Source: Rhodocyclaceae bacterium
Lineage (GTDB): Bacteria > Pseudomonadota > Gammaproteobacteria > Burkholderiales > Rhodocyclaceae
Direction: 5' to 3'
Length of the DNA stretch: 64,000 nt
NCBI GenBank assembly: GCA_035530135.1
Contig: DATKVJ010000155.1
Span: forward strand, 35,020-99,019
Shown: in pieces, positions 52,021 to 60,540 of the stretch
Layout: each line of letters starts with the position of its first letter
Position numbering within the stretch: position 1 is the stretch's first letter
Notes under the pieces: model-generated
Seen by the model: the letters and a program-made list of their open reading frames with translations, nothing else
Database searches by the model: none
What the model was told of the DNA's origin: nothing
Position numbers and translations under genes: made by a program

Positions 52021-52159
52021 CAGCCTATCCCTCAGCCCCTTTCCCACGGAAAGAGGTGACTATCGTTCAGCCACTAGCGTGGCTTCCGTTTGCCACACTT
52101 TCGCCTCCTCGGTGTCCCCCAAGGGGACTTCCTGCGGGGCGCGGCCCTTCGGAGACGAT
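52021..52159 (+). repeat. Conserved intergenic element, copy B (acpS stop to nagZ start)
   Basis: See copy A. It carries about 27 extra nt internally. The 3' block is GGCCCTTCGGAGACGATATGA. Confidence 0.6.
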
Positions 52160-53203
52160 ATGACACCCATGCCGCTCGGGCCGCTGATGATCGACATTGC
52201 CGGCACGGAACTGACCGATCTCGACCGCGACCGTCTGTGCCACCGACAAGTCGGCGGCATCATCCTGTTCTCGCGCAACTACGTTTCAATCGAGCAGCTC
52301 AAGCGGCTCTGCGCCGAGATCCACGCGCTGCGCACGCCGCGCTTGTTGATCGCGGTCGACCACGAAGGTGGCCGGGTCCAGCGCTTCCGCGCGGGATTCA
52401 CCCGGCTGCCGCCGATGCGCCGCCTGGGCGAATTATGGGATCAACGACGCGACGAGGCATTGGCAGCCGCGCGCGCGGTAGGCTTCGTGCTGGGCTTCGA
52501 GCTGCGCCGCTGCGGCGTCGATTTTTCCTTCACGCCGGTGCTCGATCTCGATCACGGCGCCAGTTCCGTCATCGGCGATCGCGCCTTTCACCGCGATCCG
52601 GCGACCGTGAGCGAGCTGGCCGGGGCACTGATCGACGGCCTGCATGACGGCGGGATGGCCGGCTGCGGCAAGCACTTTCCCGGCCACGGCCATGTCGCCG
52701 CCGACTCCCACGTCGCGGTGCCGGTCGATGAGCGCAGCCTGGAAGCGCTGGCCGGGGACATGGAACCCTACCGGCGCCTGCGCCTCGACGCGGTGATGCC
52801 TGCGCACGTGATCTATCCCGAGGTGGACGGCAGACCCGCCGGATTTTCGCCGGTCTGGCTAGCCAAGCTGCGCGACGAGTTCGCCTTCGACGGCGTCATA
52901 TTCAGCGACGATCTGTCGATGGAGGGCGCCAGCGTGGCCGGCGACATCGTGGCCCGCGCCGACGCCGCCTGGAATGCCGGCTGCGACATGCTGCTGGTGT
53001 GCAACTCGCCCGAGGCGGTGGGCGAGCTGATCTCGCGCTGGACGCCCGGGACGGCGCCCGAAGTGGCGGCCGAACGCGCCGCTCGCGTTTTGCGCCTGCT
53101 GCCGATGGAGGATGCTACGGCCGGCGATGCGGCGCCAGATCAAGACCGACTGTATAGCGACGGCCTCGGTCGGATCGCCGCGCTGGACAAACTGCTTACT
53201 TGA
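52160..53203 (+). CDS. nagZ: Beta-N-acetylhexosaminidase NagZ
   Basis: Starts [19 protein letters not shown]...[11 protein letters not shown]...[17 protein letters not shown], and has KHFPGHG. Confidence 0.9.
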   Translation: MTPMPLGPLMIDIAGTELTDLDRDRLCHRQVGGIILFSRNYVSIEQLKRLCAEIHALRTPRLLIAVDHEGGRVQRFRAGFTRLPPMRRLGELWDQRRDEALAAARAVGFVLGFELRRCGVDFSFTPVLDLDHGASSVIGDRAFHRDPATVSELAGALIDGLHDGGMAGCGKHFPGHGHVAADSHVAVPVDERSLEALAGDMEPYRRLRLDAVMPAHVIYPEVDGRPAGFSPVWLAKLRDEFAFDGVIFSDDLSMEGASVAGDIVARADAAWNAGCDMLLVCNSPEAVGELISRWTPGTAPEVAAERAARVLRLLPMEDATAGDAAPDQDRLYSDGLGRIAALDKLLT

Positions 53204-53753
53204 CCCGGTTGCGGTACTCGGCGGTGCGGGTGTCGATCTCGATCTTGTCGCCGATTTCGACGAACAGCGGCACCGGCAGCTCGAAACCCGAGCCGATCTT
53301 GGCCGGCTTCATCACCTTGCCCGAAGTGTCGCCCTTGACCGCCGGCTCGGTATAGATCACCTCGCGCACCACCGAGTTGGGTAGTTGCACCGAGATGGCT
53401 TTGTCGTTGTAGAACACCACCTCGCAGGCCAGGCCTTCTTCGAGATAGTTCAGGGCGTCGCCCATGTTCTCCTGCTCGACCTCGTACTGGTTGTAGTCGG
53501 CATCCATGAACACGTACATCGGATCGGCGAAGTAAGAGTAGGTGACTTCCTTGCGGTCGAGCATGACCAGTTCGAACTTGTCGTCGGCCTTGTACACCGC
53601 CTCGGTGGGCGAGTCGGTGAGCAGATTCTTCATTTTCATCTTGACCACGGCGGAGGTGCGGCCCGACTTGTTGTATTCGGCCTTGAGCACCACCAGGGGG
53701 TCGGCACCGACCATGATGACGTTGCCGGCGCGAAGTTCTTGTGCGATTTTCAT
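53196..53753 (-). CDS. efp: Elongation factor P (Arg32 type)
   Basis: 185 aa. The loop is ..YNKSGR(32)TSAVVK.., the arginine-type EF-P that pairs with EarP. Confidence 0.95.
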   Translation of the reverse strand: MKIAQELRAGNVIMVGADPLVVLKAEYNKSGRTSAVVKMKMKNLLTDSPTEAVYKADDKFELVMLDRKEVTYSYFADPMYVFMDADYNQYEVEQENMGDALNYLEEGLACEVVFYNDKAISVQLPNSVVREVIYTEPAVKGDTSGKVMKPAKIGSGFELPVPLFVEIGDKIEIDTRTAEYRNRVK

Positions 53754-53785
53754 GAGGCTTCCTGCGTAAAAAAATTAATCCGCGA

Positions 53786-54913
53786 TTATACCAATTTTTC
53801 GATGAAATTCACCAGCTTGCCGGCGAGGTCCGGCGAGCCTTCCAATTTCGTCGCCCAGCGCCCAGCGTGGGCGGTGAAGTCCCGCCGCTGCTGCCAATAA
53901 TCCGGCCAGGCAGCCGCGGCGCCGCTGCCGTGGTTCCAGGCCTGCCAGAGCGCGCGGCAGGCGGCCGCCGCCGGTGGCGGAAGGTCTGCGCAGTAGCGAT
54001 CGAGAAAGGCAAAGAGCTTGCGCCGGTGGGCGTCGTCCTCCTGGGGGTAGATGTGCCAGACCAGCGGCCGGGCCGCCCATTGGGCACGGACGAACGAGTC
54101 CTCGCCGCGGACGAAATTCAAGTCGCATGCCCACAGCAGGTAGTCGTAGTCTTCCTGGGCGACGAAGGGCAGGGCGTGGAGCGCCAGCCGGCCGCGCTGC
54201 ACCCGCGCTCCGGGTGCGAGCCCCGGCAAACCGAGCCAGGCCGCGGCCTGGACCAGCACTCGGCCCTCGGGCACCAGACAGCGGATCGGCAAGTCGCCCT
54301 CCGACCAGGCGCGCAGCAATTCGGGCAGGGCGGCGTTTTCGTAGCAGAACAGGGAGATGCTCGTCTCGTCGGGACGCGGCGGCGGCAGGCCGAGCTTGGC
54401 CCACGCATTGGCGCTGTCCTTCAGCCACGCCTCGCGCCGCTGCGCGAGACCGGCCTCGCGCAGCAGGCCGCCGGTGGCAGCGGTGAAGCCGGGGAAGAAG
54501 AAGTGCTTGACGAGCGGCAGGCGAGGATGCGGCGAGGGCAGGCAGTGACTCGTCTCCACCCAGGTCTCCGCCGACAGGTATTCGAGATTGATCCAGGCCG
54601 GTCGGGGTTGCCTCGTCGCCATCGCCGCCAGATAAGTCTCCGGCAACTCGCAGGCGAAGGCCTCGATCACCACGTCTGCCACGTCGGCTGCGGGGAAGGG
54701 TTGCGCCCAGCGCCTGACCTCGACGCCGCGCTGGCGCTGCCTATCGATGGCGGGATTGATCTCGGGACAGAGCCGGCGGAAGCTCTCCAGGTCATCGACC
54801 CATAGCCGCACCGCGAGTCCGTGTTCGCCGGCGAGTTGCCGGGCCAGGCGCCAGCAGACGCCGATGTCGCCGAAGTTATCGACGACGGTGCAGAAGATGT
54901 CCCAGTGCTTCAT
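53786..54913 (-). CDS. earP: EF-P arginine-32 rhamnosyltransferase EarP
   Basis: Starts MKHWDIFCTVVDNFGDIGVCWRLARQL (EarP signature), about 375 aa, adjacent to efp. Confidence 0.85.
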   Translation of the reverse strand: MKHWDIFCTVVDNFGDIGVCWRLARQLAGEHGLAVRLWVDDLESFRRLCPEINPAIDRQRQRGVEVRRWAQPFPAADVADVVIEAFACELPETYLAAMATRQPRPAWINLEYLSAETWVETSHCLPSPHPRLPLVKHFFFPGFTAATGGLLREAGLAQRREAWLKDSANAWAKLGLPPPRPDETSISLFCYENAALPELLRAWSEGDLPIRCLVPEGRVLVQAAAWLGLPGLAPGARVQRGRLALHALPFVAQEDYDYLLWACDLNFVRGEDSFVRAQWAARPLVWHIYPQEDDAHRRKLFAFLDRYCADLPPPAAAACRALWQAWNHGSGAAAAWPDYWQQRRDFTAHAGRWATKLEGSPDLAGKLVNFIEKLV

Positions 54914-54982
54914 CGCTGGACAAGTCTGGACGGTTAAAGCCAGAATCCTACCCTTAACTCCATCGCGGGCACCAGATTCTCC

Positions 54983-55633
54983 ATGCGCAATTCCAGTTCC
55001 GAAACGCTCGCCGGCTGCACCGCCTGTCCCCGTCTCGCCGCTTTCCTGGCCGAGGTCAGGCAGAAATATCCCCGCTACCACTCGGCGCCGGTGGCGCCCT
55101 TCGGCGACCCGAGCGCGCGCCTCTTGATCGTCGGCCTGGCACCGGGCATGCACGGCGCCAACCGCAGCGGCCGGCCCTTCACCGGCGACCACGCCGGCAT
55201 CCTGCTCTACCAGACGCTCCATCGTTTCGGCTTCGCCAACCGCAGCGAGTCGCTGGCCGCAGACGACGGACTGGAACTGATCGGCGCCCGCATCACCAAC
55301 GCCGTCAAGTGCCTGCCGCCGCAGAACAAGCCGGAGCCCGCCGAGGTTCGCACCTGCAACCGCTTCCTCGAAGACGAGCTGAAGGGCTCGCCGGAGGTCC
55401 GGGTGATCCTGGCGCTGGGTGGCGTCGCCCACAAGGCGGTGCTGATGGCGAGCGGCATGAAGCAGACCGCCGCCGCTTTCGCCCACGGCGCCCGCCATCA
55501 ACTGCAAGACGGCCGCATCCTGATCGACAGCTATCACTGCAGCCGCTACAACACCCAGACGCGCCGCCTGAGCGCAGAGGGTTTCGCCGATGTCTTCCAA
55601 GCCGCCCGTGCCGAACTCGACCGACAAGACTGA
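54983..55633 (+). CDS. Uracil-DNA glycosylase superfamily protein (family 5/UdgB-like)
   Basis: Motif A GLAPGMHGANRSGRPFTGD (GLAP-type rather than GEAPG) plus N-terminal Cys residues (CTACPRL). Confidence 0.7.
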   Translation: MRNSSSETLAGCTACPRLAAFLAEVRQKYPRYHSAPVAPFGDPSARLLIVGLAPGMHGANRSGRPFTGDHAGILLYQTLHRFGFANRSESLAADDGLELIGARITNAVKCLPPQNKPEPAEVRTCNRFLEDELKGSPEVRVILALGGVAHKAVLMASGMKQTAAAFAHGARHQLQDGRILIDSYHCSRYNTQTRRLSAEGFADVFQAARAELDRQD

Positions 55634-57425
55634 CTTCGACGCGCGGGAGCTGCTGGCGACCCTGCCCGACGACCCCGGCGTGTACCGCATGCTGGGCGCC
55701 GGCGGCGAGGTGCTCTACGTCGGCAAGGCCAAGAACCTGAAGAAGCGCGTCAGCTCCTATTTCCAGAAGAACGTTCAGAGCCCGCGCATCGGGCTGATGC
55801 TGACGCAGGTGTCCAAGGTCGAGGTCACCGCGACGCGTTCCGAGGCCGAGGCGCTGATCCTCGAGAACACGCTGATCAAGAAGCTGGTACCCAAGTACAA
55901 CATCCTGTTCCGCGACGACAAGTCCTACCCCTACATCGTGCTCACGGGCGACGCCTACCCGAGGCTGGCTTTCCATCGCGGCGGCTTCGACAAGAGGTCG
56001 CGCTACTTCGGTCCCTATCCGAACTCGCTGGCCGTCAGGGAGAGCATCCAGCTGCTGCAGAAAACCTTCCTGCTGCGCACCTGCGAGAACGCGGTGTTCG
56101 CCCACCGTTCGCGGCCCTGCCTGCTGCACCAGATCAGGCGCTGCAAGGCGCCCTGCGTCGGCCTGGTGTCGGCGCAGGAATACGCAGCCGACGTGCATCT
56201 GGCCGAGATGTTCCTGCGCGGCCGCCACAGCGAGGTGATCGGCCGTCTCTCCGATGCCATGCAGGCGGCCGCCGATGCGCTCGATTTCGAGCGAGCGGCG
56301 GCGCTGCGCGATCAGGTGCGAGCGCTGCAGGCGGTGCTGCATCGGCAGTACGTGAGCAGCACCGGAGATGAGGACGTGGATATCCTCGCCGCGGTGGCGG
56401 CGCCGGGCGGTCTCTGCGTCAATCTCGCCATGGTGCGCGGCGGCCTGCATCTGGGCGACCGCGCCCACTTCCCGCGCGCTGCGGTGGATTGCGAGGCCGC
56501 GGAGGGATTGGCCGCCTTCATCGGGCAGCACTACGCCCTGCATCCGCCGCCGGCCCGGCTGATTCTCAGCCACGACGTGGTCGAGGCCGCCGGCGAGGTG
56601 TTCGGGGCGACGGGGAAGAAGCTCTCGGTGGGCCTGCCGAGGAACGAGATGGAGCGCGCCTGGCTCTCGATGGCGGAGAACAACGCCAGGATCGCCATCG
56701 AGGCCCGCCGCCACGCCGCCAGCGGCGCCCGCCAGCGTCTCGAAGCGCTGGCCGCGGCGCTGTCCCTGGCCGAGCCGCCAGCGCGCATCGAGTGCTTCGA
56801 CATCAGCCATACCCAGGGGGAGGGCACCGTCGCCTCCTGCGTGGTCTGCGTCGATGGCGCCATGAAGCACAGCGAATACCGCCGCTTCAACATCGCCGGC
56901 ATAACGCCGGGCGACGATTACGCGGCGTTGCGCCAGGCGCTGGCCCGGCGCTACGAGCGGGTCGCAGCCGGGGAGGCGGTCGCCCCGGATCTGATCCTGA
57001 TCGACGGCGGCAAGGGCCAATACCGCGTGGCGCGCGAGGCGCTCGCCGAGCTCGGACTCGAGCATCTGGCCTGCGTCGGCGTCGCCAAGGGCGAAGGGAG
57101 AAAGCCGGGACTCGAATCGTTGATCGTCGGAGGCGGCGCGGAACCGGTAAAATTGGCGGCGGATAATCCTGCCTTGCATCTGATTCAGGAAGTGCGCGAC
57201 GAGGCACACCGCTTTGCCATCTTCGGGCATCGGGCGCGGCGCGCCAAGCCCCGCGGCCGCTCGGCTCTGGAGAACGTTCCGGGCGTCGGCCCGGCGCGGC
57301 GGCGCAAGCTCCTGGCCCACTTCGGCGGACTGGCGGGCGTGGCCGCGGCGACGGTCGAGGATCTGTGCCGGGTCGAGGGCATCAGCCGCGCGCTGGCCGA
57401 GACGATCCACCGGGAAATGCGCTGA
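55590..57425 (+). CDS. uvrC: Excinuclease ABC subunit C
   Basis: 611 aa with the GIY-YIG domain (PGVYRMLGAGGEVLYVGKAKNLKKRVSSYF), a UVR domain and a C-terminal HhH2. It overlaps the UDG gene by 44 nt. Confidence 0.95.
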   Translation: MSSKPPVPNSTDKTDFDARELLATLPDDPGVYRMLGAGGEVLYVGKAKNLKKRVSSYFQKNVQSPRIGLMLTQVSKVEVTATRSEAEALILENTLIKKLVPKYNILFRDDKSYPYIVLTGDAYPRLAFHRGGFDKRSRYFGPYPNSLAVRESIQLLQKTFLLRTCENAVFAHRSRPCLLHQIRRCKAPCVGLVSAQEYAADVHLAEMFLRGRHSEVIGRLSDAMQAAADALDFERAAALRDQVRALQAVLHRQYVSSTGDEDVDILAAVAAPGGLCVNLAMVRGGLHLGDRAHFPRAAVDCEAAEGLAAFIGQHYALHPPPARLILSHDVVEAAGEVFGATGKKLSVGLPRNEMERAWLSMAENNARIAIEARRHAASGARQRLEALAAALSLAEPPARIECFDISHTQGEGTVASCVVCVDGAMKHSEYRRFNIAGITPGDDYAALRQALARRYERVAAGEAVAPDLILIDGGKGQYRVAREALAELGLEHLACVGVAKGEGRKPGLESLIVGGGAEPVKLAADNPALHLIQEVRDEAHRFAIFGHRARRAKPRGRSALENVPGVGPARRRKLLAHFGGLAGVAAATVEDLCRVEGISRALAETIHREMR

Positions 57426-57444
57426 ACTCTTACGGAAGACGACG

Positions 57445-58014
57445 ATGCCGCTCAACATACCGAATCTGCTCACCTGGGCGCGCATCCTCCTCATTCCGCT
57501 GTTCGTCGGCGTCTATTACGCGCCCACGGACTGGCTCTCCTTGTCGCAACAGAACCTCGCCGCGACGATCATCTTCGTCGTTGCCGCGGTCACCGACTGG
57601 TTCGACGGCTGGCTCGCGCGCAAGCTCGACCAGACCTCTGCCTTCGGCGCCTTCCTCGACCCGGTCGCGGACAAGCTGATGGTCGCCGCCGCGCTGATCG
57701 TCCTGGTCCAGCTCGAACGCGCCGACGCCATCGTTGCCATCATCATCATCGGCCGCGAGATCGCCATCTCGGCGCTGCGCGAATGGATGGCCAAGATCGG
57801 CGCGGCGAAGAGCATCGCGGTGTCCTTCATCGGCAAGATCAAGACCACCGCGCAGATGGTGGCGATCCCGCTGCTGCTCTATCAGGAAAACGTCGGCAAT
57901 GTCAGCACGCTCTGGCTCGGCGACTGGCTGATCGATGTCGCTGCCGTCCTCACCCTCTGGTCGATGGGCTATTATCTGAAAAAGGTCTGGCCGGTCATCA
58001 ACGAGCGCTGTTGA
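57445..58014 (+). CDS. pgsA: CDP-diacylglycerol--glycerol-3-phosphate 3-phosphatidyltransferase
   Basis: Starts MPLNIPNLLTWARILLIP and has the motif DWFDGWLARKL....FGAFLDPVADK. Confidence 0.95.
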   Translation: MPLNIPNLLTWARILLIPLFVGVYYAPTDWLSLSQQNLAATIIFVVAAVTDWFDGWLARKLDQTSAFGAFLDPVADKLMVAAALIVLVQLERADAIVAIIIIGREIAISALREWMAKIGAAKSIAVSFIGKIKTTAQMVAIPLLLYQENVGNVSTLWLGDWLIDVAAVLTLWSMGYYLKKVWPVINERC

Positions 58015-58038
58015 CAGCGGCAATGGGCCCGCTATAAT
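58011..58038 (+). promoter_or_regulatory. Consensus sigma-70 promoter for the tRNA-Gly/tRNA-Cys pair
   Basis: TTGACA-N16-TATAAT, with both hexamers perfect. The -35 box overlaps the pgsA stop codon, and the -10 box ends 12 nt before tRNA-Gly. Confidence 0.7.
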
Positions 58039-58050
58039 TCGGCCCTCATC

Positions 58051-58126
58051 GCGGGAGTAGCTCAGTTGGTAGAGCGCAACCTTGCCAAGGTTGAGGTCGA
58101 GAGTTCGAGACTCTTCTCCCGCTCCA
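58051..58126 (+). tRNA. tRNA-Gly (anticodon GCC)
   Basis: GCGGGAGTAGCTCAGTTGGTAGAGCGCAACCTTGCCAAGGTTGAGGTCGAGAGTTCGAGACTCTTCTCCCGCTCCA folds as a full cloverleaf with CCA encoded. Confidence 0.95.
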
Positions 58127-58193
58127 AGACACCGGAGGGAAGCGCAAGCTTCCCTTCATCGCTTCAAAGCCAGTGTTGTTGCACATCCGGCTT

Positions 58194-58267
58194 GGCGGGG
58201 TAGCAAAGTGGTTATGCAGCGGCCTGCAAAGCCGTCTACGCCGGTTCGATTCCGACCCCCGCCTCCA
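58194..58267 (+). tRNA. tRNA-Cys (anticodon GCA)
   Basis: GGCGGGGTAGCAAAGTGGTTATGCAGCGGCCTGCAAAGCCGTCTACGCCGGTTCGATTCCGACCCCCGCCTCCA closely parallels E. coli tRNA-Cys. My fold gives one C-A mismatch in the T-stem. Confidence 0.9.
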
Positions 58268-58441
58268 AAGATTCCATGCAAGAAATTGCCTAAGCTTATC
58301 TTCAAGCTTTCCCCGGTGAAGATCAGCAGCTTCGGCCGGCAGTCATTCGTCGCGGCGGACGCCCGGTCTCGTTCGGAAAAATAGCCGGTTTAAGCATGTG
58401 CATACAAATAATGTTGCAGCATTGATTGCCTATGCAGTAAT

Positions 58442-59002
58442 ATGCGCGACATGAAATCCCGGCGCCCTCCATCCCCTAAAGCCGCCGCCTCCGCCAAACG
58501 GGCCGAGGCGGCGCCGTTTTACGATGGCGCGAAATACGACATCCAACGCTCGGTCGGCTACTGGACCAAGCGGGCTTACGGCAGCCTGCAGCGCAGCCTG
58601 GATGCGCGCATGCAGCCCTTGGACCTGACCGGTCTGCAATGGGGGCCGCTGTTGCTGATCAGCCGGGGCTGCGCCGACACCGTGGCCGCTTGCGCGCGCG
58701 AATCGGGCAACGATGCCGGGGCGATGACGCGCATGCTCGACCGCCTCGAAGCCAAGGATCTGCTGCTGCGCGAGCGCAGCACGCTGGATCGCCGCGTCGT
58801 GAACGTCACGCTGACCGAGCGCGGGCAAGCCATTGCGGCGCAGATCCCGTTCACCCTGGCCGAGGTGCTGAACCAGCATTTGCGCGGATTCAGCGAGGCG
58901 GAGTTCAAGCAGTTCCTCGACTTGCTGCAGCGCTTCGTGCGCAACGGCGAAGCCGCCGACCCGACCGCGACGGGTGACGATGCCGACTCGGCGGCTGCCT
59001 GA
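58442..59002 (+). CDS. MarR family transcriptional regulator
   Basis: 186 aa with the wHTH region LTGLQWGPLLLIS......AMTRMLDRLEAKDLLLRERSTLDRRVVNVTLTERG. The start may be the second ATG at 58451. Confidence 0.85.
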   Translation: MRDMKSRRPPSPKAAASAKRAEAAPFYDGAKYDIQRSVGYWTKRAYGSLQRSLDARMQPLDLTGLQWGPLLLISRGCADTVAACARESGNDAGAMTRMLDRLEAKDLLLRERSTLDRRVVNVTLTERGQAIAAQIPFTLAEVLNQHLRGFSEAEFKQFLDLLQRFVRNGEAADPTATGDDADSAAA

Positions 59003-59014
59003 ATCCTTCTTGCC

Positions 59015-60505
59015 ATGACTCAAGAACACACCATGAAGACAAGCGCATTGCCCGCTCCGGCGTTCCCTCCTCGCCGCATCGGGGCACTGGCCGCGCTGGC
59101 CGCCCTGCTGCTCGCCGGCTGCGCCGGCGGCGGGCAGGTTCAGCCCAGCGCGCAAACCGTCAGGGCGGCGCAACTGGGGCTGGTCGCGAGCCCCGCGAGC
59201 CCGACCGACTTTCCCCGCAGCGACTGGTGGGCGCAGTTCAATGACCCCGAGCTGAACCGGCTGATTCAGCAGGCGCTGGCCGACAATCCCTCGCTGCAGG
59301 AGGCGCAGGCGCGCATGCGCCAGGCCCAGGCGGCGGCGGGCGCGGCGCGAGGCAGCCTGGAACCCAGACTGGGGGCGAGGCTCGACTCCACGCGCCAGCG
59401 CTTCAGCGAAAACGACATCTATCCGCCGCCTTTGGGCGGCGGCATGTACACCGAGAATCAGGCGCTGCTGGAAGGCAGCTACGAGTTCGATTTTTTCGGT
59501 CGCAATCGCGCCGAGCTCGAAGCCGCCGTCGGCCAGGCGCGCGCGGCCGAAGCTCGGGCTCAGGCCGCGCGCGTGCTGCTGGCGACCAATGTGGCCGCGA
59601 GCTACTTCAACCTGGCTCGGCTGGAGGCCGTGCGCGCCGTCCTGGAGCGTAGCTTGAAGCAGCGCCAGGACATCTTGCGCCTGGTGAGCGAGCGCGTGCG
59701 CGAAGGACTGGAAACCACGCTGCAGCAGCGTCGAGCCCAGGCCGAGATTCCGCAGATCCGCCTGCAGATCGAGCAAAATGTCCAGGGCTTGGCCGAAGCC
59801 CGCCACGCGCTGGCCGCTCTGCTCGGACGGGGCCCTCAGGCAGCGGATCATCTCGCCCCCCAACTGCGCGCCCTGCCCATGCCGACGCTGCCGCAGACCC
59901 TCCCGGCTGAGCTGATCGGCCGCCGTGCCGACGTGGCGGCGGCCCGCTGGCAGGCCCAGGCGGCATTGGCCGGGGTGAGCGCGGCGCGCGCGGCGTTCTA
60001 CCCCAACATCAGCCTCAACGCCTTTGCCGGCTACACGGCCCTGGGTTTCAGCCAGTTTCTCGCCGCCGGCAGCCACGCCTACGGCGTTGGCCCGGCGCTG
60101 ACGCTGCCCATTTTCGAAGGCGGCAAGCTGCGCGCCGAGCTGCGCGGCCAGACGGCAGCAGCCGACGCGGCGATCGACCGGTACAACGCCGCGGTGGTGA
60201 ATGCCGTGCGCGAAGTGGCCGATGCGGTCAGCAACCGCCGTTCGCTTGAGCGGCAGATCAAAGAGCAGCAGGCGGCGCTGAAGCTAGCAAAGGACGCTCA
60301 CGGCCTGGCGCAGCAGCGCTACGGCGCGGGCCTGGGCAACTACCTCGACGTGCTCGGCGTCGACAACGCCGTGCTGCAACTTGAGCAACTTGGCGCCGGC
60401 CTCAAGGCCCAGGCATTGATCGACGACGTGGCGCTGATTCGTGCCCTGGGCGGCGGCTATGCCGCGGACAACACGCCGCCGAACGCCCTCGCGGCTCGAC
60501 CCTGA
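59015..60505 (+). CDS. Efflux transporter outer-membrane lipoprotein, NodT family
   Basis: 496 aa with lipobox LLLAGC and two OEP repeats (..DWWAQFNDPELNRLI.., ..FYPNISLNAF..). Confidence 0.9.
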   Translation: MTQEHTMKTSALPAPAFPPRRIGALAALAALLLAGCAGGGQVQPSAQTVRAAQLGLVASPASPTDFPRSDWWAQFNDPELNRLIQQALADNPSLQEAQARMRQAQAAAGAARGSLEPRLGARLDSTRQRFSENDIYPPPLGGGMYTENQALLEGSYEFDFFGRNRAELEAAVGQARAAEARAQAARVLLATNVAASYFNLARLEAVRAVLERSLKQRQDILRLVSERVREGLETTLQQRRAQAEIPQIRLQIEQNVQGLAEARHALAALLGRGPQAADHLAPQLRALPMPTLPQTLPAELIGRRADVAAARWQAQAALAGVSAARAAFYPNISLNAFAGYTALGFSQFLAAGSHAYGVGPALTLPIFEGGKLRAELRGQTAAADAAIDRYNAAVVNAVREVADAVSNRRSLERQIKEQQAALKLAKDAHGLAQQRYGAGLGNYLDVLGVDNAVLQLEQLGAGLKAQALIDDVALIRALGGGYAADNTPPNALAARP

Positions 60506-60540
60506 GCGAACCCGCACCCGACACCCTCACGGAGCACCGC

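Noticed and set aside
54914-55690. N-terminal extension of ORF 53786..55690 upstream of EarP
   Set aside because: The EarP signature starts at MKHWDIF (54913). The extension is antisense to the UDG gene.
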